DNA from: Octopus sinensis
Taxonomy: Eukaryota
Reading direction: 5' to 3'
Assembly (NCBI RefSeq): GCF_006345805.1
Contig: NC_043003.1
Span: 90,582,001 to 90,646,000 of the forward strand
DNA length: 64,000 bases
The notes below the pieces were generated by a model. It did no database searches. It saw nothing but the letters and a program-made list of their open reading frames with translations, and was not told the origin of the DNA. Positions 53,569 to 64,000 of this stretch are shown in pieces. A program made the position numbers and the translations under genes. How positions within the stretch are numbered: position 1 is the stretch's first letter; each line of letters opens with the position of its first letter.

Positions 53569-54190
53569 CTAACTCTTTTGATACCAACCTACCTCAGACT
53601 GTCCCTTATTCTATAATTCAAACTTCCTGATGTAAAGTGCTCTAAAAAAAAAAATTCATCAAAATTTCACACTAATTTATGTCCCAAACACCATCTTATT
53701 AAGTCTTCATCATTTAAAAAACAATTGAAGTGAATTGATGTATTTTATTAGAAATATGGTAACAAAAGTGTTAAAGTGATCTCAATCAAAACTTCATCAA
53801 AATTTCATATAAAATCATGTTCCAAATACCAGCTTATTAATGACAAAGTTATTTTACCAAATTATTATTTTAAAAACTGATTGAAGTGAATTGATGTGTT
53901 TAATTAGAAATGTGGTTAAAAAAAGGGTTAAAGTGATTTGAATTAGCACCTCACATCAAACTTTCATATTAATTTGTTCTACATACCAGCTAATTAACGA
54001 CAAAGTTATTTTTCTAAATTCCTTCATTATGTTAAGAATTAAGTTAAGTGAATGTGATGTATTTCATTAGAAAGTGATTTAAGCACCAACTTAGCAATGC
54101 CAGTTATTTTACTAAATTCTTCATTATTTTGAAAATTAATTGAAATGAAGGCAGTGTATTTATTCAGAAATATGGTAACAAAAGGGCTAA
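53569..54190. mobile_element. piggyBac-like MITE with internal AT-rich tandem units of about 150-180 bp
   Basis: Ends CTAACTCTTTTGATACC / GGTAACAAAAGGGCTAA resemble decayed TTAA|CCCTT termini. TTGAAGTGAATTGATGT...TTAGAAA recurs 3-4 times. Confidence 0.55.
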
Positions 54191-55449
54191 TGGAGGTGGA
54201 ATAATGGTAATGCTGATATTGTTGTTGAGAATTTGTTTCAGATCAACTATAACAGAGCAGACCTGTAGTCAAAGGCATTCCAACCATGACCTTTCTGTCT
54301 TTTCTCTATGTGATCTCTGGATCACATTATCCATAGCTTCAATTTTTTAAAATGATAGGTTGTTTTTTGAGGGAGATTTAGCTGTATTTCTGGTAGTTCA
54401 AGCGTTCTATTACAGGTACCCCTCTTAGTTTGTAATGGTCATGTTGATGATAACAATGATGATGGTAGCTCTTTCAGTTATAGTGGTGATGGTGGTGGTG
54501 GTGGTGGTGGTGGATTTGGTGATCATAGCCATAAGGATGGTATTAAGTAAGAGCTGTGTGGGCTGTAAAAATTGACATTATTTAACTATAGTCCTGTCTA
54601 AAAACAATAAGAATTGTTTATTTGCTCCTCAAAAAATGGTCACTCCCAGAGATTTTTTTTTTAAGAGTTGCAGAACAAGTGTTAAGGTATTAGTTCAGAT
54701 TTGTGGGAGGGGTTGGGTCCAAAATAGAATGACATAGCAACAACCTTTGACCTTCCACACATAGGAATGTTAATGCTGAAACATTTTATAAATGAGCAGG
54801 AAGAACCACCAGCACCACCATGAACATGACCATCACTATAAACATTGGTATCAGCACCAGCATTATCACTTTTTCCACCACCACCACCATTAACAGCACC
54901 ATTACTATCATCAACAACAGCAACAACACTGTCCCCCACCAGCAGCAATACCAACACCCCCAAAGCCAACATCCTCCTATCACTAGTACAATCACTACCA
55001 ACAACACCACTATTGCCCCCTTACTATCACCACCACCACCACCACCACCACCACCCACCACCACTACTGCTACTGCCATTAGTTTCCACTTTGTTATCAT
55101 AGTTCCTAGCATTGTCATAATTTCCTAAAGTTATCACCCTCATCAGTTTTGCCCTGATTATCAACATTTACACATTTTGCACACACACACACACACACAC
55201 ACACACAAGTCATTAACTTTATCACCCTTGTTCTCTTCCTCTCCTTCCTCACCACCACCACCACCACAGCTTCTCCTCACCTTCCTCCACATCATTCTAT
55301 GCACTAGAGCTAGCTATCATCCACAAATAAGTAAGGCTTGGTAATGTACTATACTTTTACTAATTGTTTTAGGTGCCTGAGTAGTCACAAGCAGACAAAT
55401 TCCATCTTGACTCTCCTACATTTTGACTCAGCAGCACACCAGAATGACA

Positions 55450-55596
<147 letters not shown>

Positions 55597-56324
55597 GTAC
55601 CAAACCTCAGCTGATCCTCATTTTCAGCTGAGTAGACTGGAGCAGTGCCTTGCTCAGGGACACAACACAATATGCCACTTGGTCTGGGAGTTGAACCCAC
55701 AACATTATGATTGTGAGCAGAACATCTCTAACCACTAGGCAACTGACACACACACACACACAGAATGGGCTTCTTTCAGTTTTCATTCACCAAATCCAAA
55801 TACAAGGCTTTGGTAGGCCCAGAACTTTTGTTGAAGATACCCCAAAACCATGTTGCTGGTAAGCAAACTTCTCACCACACAGCTATGCTTATACTTTTCT
55901 TTACAATTTTTTTCAAAGCCACAAATATGTTGGAAAAAAATTTAGTCAATTCAGCTGAGCCATGTATATAACTGGGACTTCAGATTCTTTTAACGAAAGA
56001 GCTTCAATATGATTATTTTACAATTCTTTTACTTGTTTCAGTCATTTGACTGTAGCCATGCTGGAGTATCGCCTTGAAGTGTTTTCTTTTTTCTTTTAGT
56101 GGAGCGAATCGACACCCTAAGACTTATTCTTTGTAAGCCTAGTACTTATTCTATCAGTCTCTTTTGCCAAACCACTAGATTACCAGGACATAAACACACC
56201 AACATTGGTTCTTAAGTGATGGTGGGGGGACAAACACAGACACAAAGACACACACATATAAATATATACATATATATATTATTATATATATATATATATA
56301 TTATTATTATTATAATATTATTAT

Positions 56325-56359
<35 letters not shown>

Positions 56360-56393
56360 TATATATATATATTATTATATTATTATATATATT

Positions 56394-59300
56394 TGAAAGG
56401 TAGGTGTGGAGAGATTGTTGAGCTGCTTGAACGGAGACGTGTGGATTTATGCTGCATCCAGGAATTAAGGTGGAGAGGAGGCTCCGCTAGGCTCCGCTAG
56501 GCTCCGCTAGGCTCCTCACAGGCAAGGAACACAGGTACAAGATTTTCTGGGCAGGGAACACTGACGGGGTCGGGGGCGTGGGTATACTTCTTGCGGAGAA
56601 ATGGGTAGATAAGGTAATCGAGGTAGTCAGAGTAAGTGATAGAGTACTTCATCTCGGCATATGCCCCTCAACCAGGGCTACCGGAAGGACAAAAAGACCA
56701 ATTCTATGACACCCTATTGCGGACTACCTCGTTGACAAATGACAGTGACGTTCTCTTCGTGGCAGGTGATTTCAATGGACATGTTGGACGGCATGTCGAG
56801 GGCTTCCATGGCGTCCATGGAGGCTATGGTTTTGGCTCCCGTAATGAGGAGGGAACCAGGCTGCTGGAGTTCTGGGATGCAAATGACCTTATGGTCTGCA
56901 ATACCAACTTCAGGAAACCCACCTCTCACCTAGTCACCTACCGTTCTGGCAGACACACTAGCCAGATTGACTACATCCTTGCCAGAAAAAGGGAAAGAGG
57001 GCTGCTTATAAATGCCAAAACCTTTACAGGTGAAGAATGTACTCCTCAACATAGATTAGTAGTTAGCGACTTCAGGATCAGAGCTAAATGGTTGCCCAGA
57101 AGAAGACCTGCTTGGAGGAGAAGGGTCTGGAAGCTTAAAGATCCTGCAAATGGACAGAGATTTAGAGACATACTACTTGAAGCCTCTGACGAAATAGAAG
57201 GGGATATAGCTTCACTTAATGTGGAAGGCAACTGGAGATTTCTACGGGACAATCTGCTGACAGCCACTGACCAGATCTGTGGATGGAGCAAAGTACCATC
57301 TCGACCCAGAGTAACATGGTGGTGGAACACTGTGGTTGACAGGGCTATTAGACAAAAGAGACAGGCTTGGAAGGACTGGAAGAACGGTGGTAGCAGTGGA
57401 ATTGTATCAGACAGCCAGAAGGGAAGCTAGGAGACAGGTTTATTTAGCCAGAGGGGAAGCGGATAAGAAAAATTTGCCAATGTTCTGAGCCGTGAGGATG
57501 AAAGACTTGAGGTATTTCGTGTTGCAAGACAGTGTGTGAGAGAGAATCATGATGTGGTAGGAGAGAAGTGTGTTCGCATGGATGATGGTTCACTTGCGCT
57601 AGATGAGGATGCAAAGAGAGAGGTTTGGAGATGCCACTATGAAAGGTTGCTGAATAAAGAAAATGAATGGGATAAAGAGAGTCTGCCGAATGTTGACCCA
57701 ACAGAGAGACCAGCTATCCGAGTTGATAGTTCCGTGGTAGCTAAGGCAATTAGAAGCATGAAGACAGGGAAAGCCCCAGGCCCATCAGGAATTACTGCAG
57801 AGATGCTCAAAATATCTGGCAATGTCGGCTATAACCTAGTCACCCGTATAGTCAACCAGGTGATACACGAAGGAGTCATACCCAATGACTGGTGTAGCAG
57901 CATACTAGTCAACTACTACAAAGGTAAAGGTGATGCCCTAGATACAAATAATTACAGAGGTATCAAGCTGTTGGATCAGGTAATGAAGGTTACGGAGAGG
58001 GTAATTGCCCAACTAATTAGAGAGAGAGTTAGTTTAGATGAGATGCAGTTTGGGTTCGTGCCAGGGAAAAGTACTACTGATGCTATATTCCTGGTAAGGC
58101 AGCTGCAGGAGAAATACCTAGCCAAAGGTAAGCCCCTGTACCTGGCTTTCGTTGACATGGAGAAAGCTTTTAATAGGGTCCCCCGATCCCTTATCTGGTG
58201 GTCAATGAGGAAACTAGGGATAGATGAATGGCTGGTGAGGACTGTGCAAGCCATGTACAGAGATGCCGTAAGTAAGGTTAGGGTTGGCAACATGTACACA
58301 GAAGAATTCAAAGTAGAGGTTGGGGTCCACCGGGGTCCAGTACTCAGCCCCCTCCTATTTATCATAGTCCTCCAGGCAATTACGGAGGAATTCAAGACAG
58401 GTTGTCCCTGGGAGCTCCTCTATGCTGACGACCTTGCTCTAATTGCTGAGTCACTATCAGAACTGGAGGAGAAGTTCCAGGTGTGGAAGGAGGGTTTAGA
58501 ATCGAGGGGCCTTAGAGTCAACCTAGCTAAAACCAAAGTACTAATAAGTAGGAAGGTAGACAATCCACAAATGTCTTCAGGTAGATGGCCCTGCTCGATC
58601 TGTAGAAAAGGTGTAGGTAGAAACTCTATAAGATGTACCCAGTGTAAGCTATGGACACATAAGAGGTGCAGCAATGTCAAAGGTAGGCTAACTGGGAAGA
58701 TAGTTTTTGTATGTGGCAGATGCTCGGGAGCATTAACCTCCGAAAATTTGCAGAAAACAACTTCCGTCTCCTTCCAGGGGGAAAAACTAGAAGTAGTTGA
58801 TAGCTTTCGTTATCTAGGTGACCAAGTCAGTAGCGGGGGTGGGTGCGCTGAAAGTGTAACTGCTAGAATAAGAATAGCCTGGGCAAAGTTTAGGGAGCTC
58901 TTACCTCTGCTGGTGACTAAAGGCCTCTCGCTCAGAGTAAAAGGCAGACTGTATGATGCATGTGTACGAACAGCCATGCTACATGGCAGTGAAACATGGG
59001 CTGTGACTGCTGAGGACATGCGTAAGCTCGTGAGGAATGAAGCCAGTATGCTCCGATGGATGTGTAATGTCAGTGTACATACTCGACAGAGCGTTAGTAC
59101 CTTGAGAGAAATGTTGTACCTAAGAAGCATCAGTTGTGGTGTGCAAGAGAGACGATTGCGCTGGTATGGTCATGTGGCGAGAATGGATGAAGATAGGTGT
59201 GTGAGAAAGTGTCAATCCCTAGCAGTTGAGGGAACCCGTGGAAGAGGTAGACCCAGGAAAACCTGGGACGAGGTGGTGAAGCACGACCTTCGAACTTTAG

Positions 59301-59863
59301 GCCTCACTGAGGAAATGACCAGCGACCGAGACGTTTGGAAATATGCTGTACGTGAGAAGACCAGGCAGGACAAGTGAGCCCAGCCCACTTATGAATGCCT
59401 TTCCTCCCTTGGACACAAAGACCTGTTGAGGCAAGCGAAGTCGATATCGAACCCCATCCGACGACAGGCACCCATGCCAACCCCCTTTGCTTGCGAAGAC
59501 ATGTTGGGGCAAGCGAAAGCGAAATCGAATTGAACCAGCCAGGATCCCTGGTCTGGTGGTACGTAAAAAGCACTATCCGACTCGTGGCCGACTGGCTTCC
59601 GTGCCGGTGGCACATAAAATACACCAATCCGACTGTGGCCATTGCCAGCCTTGCCTGGCACCTGTGCAGGTGGCACGTAAAAAGCACCCACTACACTCAT
59701 GGAGTGGTTGGCGTTAGGAAGGGCATCCAGCTGTAGAAACATTGCCAGATAAGACTGGAGCCTGGTGCAGCCTTCTGGCTTCCCAGATCCCCCGGTCGAA
59801 CTGTCCAACCCATGCTAGCATGGAGAACGGACGTTAAACGATGATGATGATGATGATGATGAT
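56394..59863 (+). mobile_element. Near full-length RTE-clade LINE (APE endonuclease + RT with PHD finger), disrupted
   Basis: APE motifs (DLCCIQELRW, ISAYAPQ, AGDFNGHVG, QIDYIL) and RT motifs (KAPGPSG, NYRGIKLL, QFGFVPG, FVDMEKAF, LYADDL, FRYLG) in ORFs 56636-57430 and 57536-59377. Lesions: a tandem AGGCTCCGCT expansion near 56480, a deletion/frameshift near 56645 and a frameshift near 57395. The 3' UTR ends in a (GAT)n tail. Confidence 0.95.
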
Positions 59864-59888
59864 ATGTATTATATATATTATATTATTA

Positions 59889-60205
59889 TGTGAAGGCGCA
59901 TGGCTCAGTGGTTAGAGTGGCGAACTTACGATTGTGAGGTTGTGAGTTCGAATCCCGCACCGGGCTGCATGTTGTGTTCTTGAGCAAGACACTTTATTTC
60001 AATCACTTAACTGTAGAAATGGGTTGTGCCGTCACAGGTGCCAAGCTGTATTGGCCCCTTTGCCTTTCCCTTGGATAAACACTGCTGGTGTGGAGAGGGG
60101 AGGCTGGTATGCATGGGTGACAGCTGGTCTTTCATAAACAACCTTGCCCGGACTTGTGCTTCGGTGGGGAACTTTCTAGGTGCAATCCCATGGTCAGTAT
60201 TATGT
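59889..60205 (+). mobile_element. SINE family 3 (tRNA head with clear A and B boxes)
   Basis: TGGCTCAGTGG...GAGTTCGAATCCC followed by a non-tRNA body. Related heads on - at about 16205-16358, 28235-28365 and 55620-55740. Confidence 0.8.
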
Positions 60206-60270
60206 ATATTATATATATTATATATATATATATATATATAAATTATATTTATTTTATCGCAATTTGACTT

Positions 60271-60308
<38 letters not shown>

Positions 60309-61189
60309 AATATATATAATACTGACCATATATATATATATATATATATATATAGATATATATGATAGATAGATAGATAGATATATATGCATATATACAT
60401 ACGTATATGTACATATACTTACATCTGTGCATACATATATATGTATATGTGGCCACAGGACATCATGAAACATGTACAACAAAACAATACGAAGTATGAT
60501 TACATGGAATTTGAACTATTTTTTGAACAACGAAAGACACAAATGATAAACAAGATAAACAACATAAAGAACGACCCTTCATCAGTTGTTGGCTGTTTTT
60601 CTACTCTCATATTTTGAGCATTTAACAACAATATATGCTTTCAATAAAACAGTTGCTCCCGCAAAGCAAATTGAATAAAATTTAGGATTTTGCAGAGGGT
60701 CAAAATTGGTATCACAAATAGGACAGTGAAAACAAACAGGAAGGGCTGCTTGTGTTAACACATACATACAACACATATATGTACACTACACATTAATACT
60801 AGTATATATACAGATATATAAATAATACATACTTTTAACGGCTATCCTCTTCAATTAAACTACACACACACACATACATAGACAAATCAATCTGATTTGC
60901 TAAGATTTTATAATAATTAATACATAGGCAATAATATACATTGATTACGTAAACCAACATAAATTTACTTAGATAATGGTTTTATTTTTTATTTTACTTT
61001 ATATCATACATTTATTATTATTTAGAGTTTATTTTTACTTTTTATCCTTATACTATATTTTTATTTTTTAATTTCATGAAAAAATATTATTAGCATACAC
61101 ATACACACAATAAATATTTATTTCTTAATTTTCTTTAGTCTATTGATAAAATCCAATCCATCAACATGTAACCATTTCTATTGTACTCT

Positions 61190-61308
61190 AGCTCTGATGA
61201 GATTCTCCCCAATGTTATTCAAAATGCTATTTTATTCTAATCTTTAGATTTATTCCAATCTTTGAATTTGCAATTATATATTGGATTGAATTGAAACGTA
61301 TGTAGGCT
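61190..61308 (+). ncRNA. Type I hammerhead-like motif with a long stem II
   Basis: AGCT-CTGATGA-[92 nt: GATTC/GAATT, CCAAT/ATTGG, ATTCAAA/TTTGAAT]-GAAAC-GTAT-GTA-GGCT. Confidence 0.65.
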
Positions 61309-62093
61309 TTATTTTGGCAGTATGTTAATAAATTAATTTTACATCCTTATCGACTCTCCATTCTTTTTTAAATCATATTTATATATATTTATATATATAA
61401 TCCTTTTGAATTAATCCAGAAATTGGGCTGATTTGGGAATAATGAATTTTAAAAATTTCTGTTAGCTTGCTTTCCTCATTTGAGCACACTGTATTTAGAG
61501 TGAAAAATATTGTATGTGGTTAGACGATCTAAGGTCTATTTTTCAGCATATTGACATAGAAAATTTTTTTGTTTTGTCCTTATTTATAATTGTTTATAAT
61601 TTCCACCTTAGAAGGTATTTAAATATGCTAGCCACTAATAAAATTGTTTTGAAAAATTTATCCTTATATTAGAAGTAAATTTATTTCCATTCTCTTTGGG
61701 ACTGGTAACCACTTTACATGAGTTTTCCTGACTGCCAATACATACTGAGGCTTGCTACAGAATTTCTGTTTAGATATATTTGGGGTACTTAATGTACTCA
61801 TGACTTTACATCTGCTTTTCCCATGGGTATATGTATTCCATTTATTCATATGTTTCTCACTGATGAAGGAAGAATCCATTTGGATTAAACCAGAAATTGG
61901 ACTGATTCAGGAATAATGAATTTTTAAAATTTCTGTTAGCTAACTTTCCTCATTTCAGCATGCTGTGTATTTATAGTAAAACATATTGTATGTGGTTAGA
62001 TGATCTAAAGTCTATTTTTCAGCATACTGGCATAGAGTTTTTTTTCTTTTGCCCTTATTTATAATTGTATATATATATATTATATATATATAT

Positions 62094-62126
<33 letters not shown>

Positions 62127-63795
62127 CAGCTTTCTTTCAGTTTCTGTCTACCAAATCTACTCACAAAGCTTTGGTTTGCCCAAGGCTATAGTGGAAGACA
62201 TTTACCCAAGGTTCCATGTTGTGGGACAGAACCCAGAATCATGTGGTTGAGAAGCAAGCTTCTTATCACACAGCCTGTGTATCCTGGTTTTAGAATAGTC
62301 CTACTATTTCCCTACATGTTGTATACAATGACCAAAAGAGTTGGTGTCAGGAAGCATATCCAGCTGGGAAATACAGTCTCAGAAAAACTATTCAACCCAT
62401 GGTAGAGGGGATGTGATATGTTGATTTAGGCATGGTCATTCAAAGTGCTAGAAATACTAGCCAAATTCTCTCACATTACTTCCTTCTAAGTTTTGAAAAA
62501 CGAAGGATACAGTGGATAATGTTCTTTAAATAATCTTTAAAAGACAGGTTGGTCATTTATATGCACATGCATACGTATATGTGTGTTGTGTCTCCTTGTG
62601 AATATGTGTCAATATGTATAATATGTTGTGTGTATTTGTGTATAAACTTTCTTTGTGTGTGAGGAACGCTTAAACAGTTGAAGCTGCTGAATTTGTTCAA
62701 CTTTATAGGATTTGCTTTCTAAATCATTTGATACAGGCTTTAAATTATTTGACAAAGACTAGAATTGTTCCCTTTATTTTGTTTATTTGATAGTACATTC
62801 TGCTGACTTCTTTGTCTCATAATGCTTGACTAATACTTATTTATATTCTTAAATCCTGATGATCAAATTAATTTTCTCCTTTTTCCCATTGGTAATACTA
62901 TATGTCATCAATATATACTTAATACATTATATGTAATTATATTTATTCCACTATTAATTAATCTACCTCGTATATTTCACTATATTCCACTATTACTTTT
63001 TATATTCAACTTACTGGCCAGTAATCAACTACAACCTATTTGCTTATTACATTGCATGTATGTATTTCTTGATTTAAGCAAAGTGAAAAACAAAAGTAAT
63101 TGAAATTTCAGAAGGCCAAAATCTGTTGGTGCCTCCTCATACCTATATAGGAAATGTTGTTCTTCAGGAACTTTTACAGAAAATGTCAATAATAATGCAT
63201 ATTACGTACATACATTTGTAGCTTTTGCACAACGTATCAAATATGTTGTAAATGCACAACTTTTGAATAAACTAAGCCTGCTGTTCCTTGAAAACCTTTA
63301 GTAAATGTATGTCACCTGTTTGTAAGATTGTATGCCCTTGTATAAATATGCATATATATTGGTAGTTTTGAGTACATATATGTGAAATTAGGTAGAGCAT
63401 TTAATTGGTCAAACAGAATAATAGGTTCAAATTTTTGCACAAGACCAGTAATTTTGGGGGAGGGGATAAGTCAATTACATTGACCCCAGTGCTTAACTGA
63501 TACTTATTTTAATGACCCTGAAAGGATCAAAGGCAAAGTCGACCTCAGTGGAATTTGAACTCCAAATGTGAGGACAGATGAAATGCTGCTAAACATTTTG
63601 CCTGGATTGCAAACAATTCCGCCGGCTCACCACCAAATCTTGTTCTTGTACTTTTTCTTGTTCTTCTCCTACTGGTTGTTGTTATTTTTGTTGTTGTTCT
63701 TCTTCTTGTTCTTATCCAATTTCTTCTGATTCTTTTTGACCCAATTCTAGTTTTTTTCTTTTGATTTCTTTGTTCACATTCTTTCCTTCTTTTGC

Positions 63796-63827
<32 letters not shown>

Positions 63828-64000
63828 ATGATAATACTGCTACTACTACTGCTGCTGCCACTGCTGCCATGACTACTTCTGTTGCTGTTACTACTACTAG
63901 TTGAACTAGTTACATTTAAGATAGCTGAGTTCCCTATGGGTTCTTTTGTCACCTTTGAAACTTTCAGTTTCTAAATGCTGGCTTTTAGAGATCACACAGT

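Noticed and set aside
54682-55128. Thr/Pro/His-rich, mucin-like ORFs
   Set aside because: A degenerate (CAC/CAT/CAA)n triplet field open in several frames and on both strands, with no splice signals or domain. Similar tracts occur at 28863-29292 and 53306-53560.
59889-59975. tRNA-like sequence with A and B boxes
   Set aside because: No complete acceptor stem, and it continues into a SINE body. Treated as a SINE head, as is 16290-16358.
60575-60600. CTGATGAAGGG on the minus strand, resembling a hammerhead start
   Set aside because: No stem II closure or GAAA was found downstream. It may be a pLTR relic but is not callable as a ribozyme.
63545-63952. 135-aa Ser/Arg/Lys-rich ORF
   Set aside because: A composite of triplet microsatellites and a SINE fragment.

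Overview
Eukaryotic, AT-rich, repeat-dense DNA. Its SINE/LINE content and microsatellite load fit a coleoid cephalopod, probably Octopus (inference). Only one host gene is supportable: the 5' end of a PDZ-LIM family (Zasp/LDB3/PDLIM-like) gene on the minus strand. It has two coding exons (35550-35660 and 1945-2096) that splice in frame into a complete PDZ domain across a 33.45-kb intron. The rest is mobile DNA and low-complexity sequence: RTE LINEs (one near full length, with a PHD finger inside the RT), two CR1 LINEs, a Penelope-like element (RT + GIY-YIG), tRNA-derived SINEs, a non-autonomous Helitron, Tc1/mariner and piggyBac-like derivatives, a fossil Ty3/Gypsy element and large (TA)n fields. 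The most unexpected signals are: (1) at least six loci with hammerhead-ribozyme-like cores, two of which share an unusual type I fold with a 75-92 nt stem II; (2) a covarying 3' stem-loop shared by the SINEs and the CR1 LINEs; (3) three near-perfect long hairpins. All folds and alignments were done by eye and need computational confirmation. Repeat boundaries are approximate to within tens of bases. Most ORF-track entries are microsatellite or antisense-TE artefacts.
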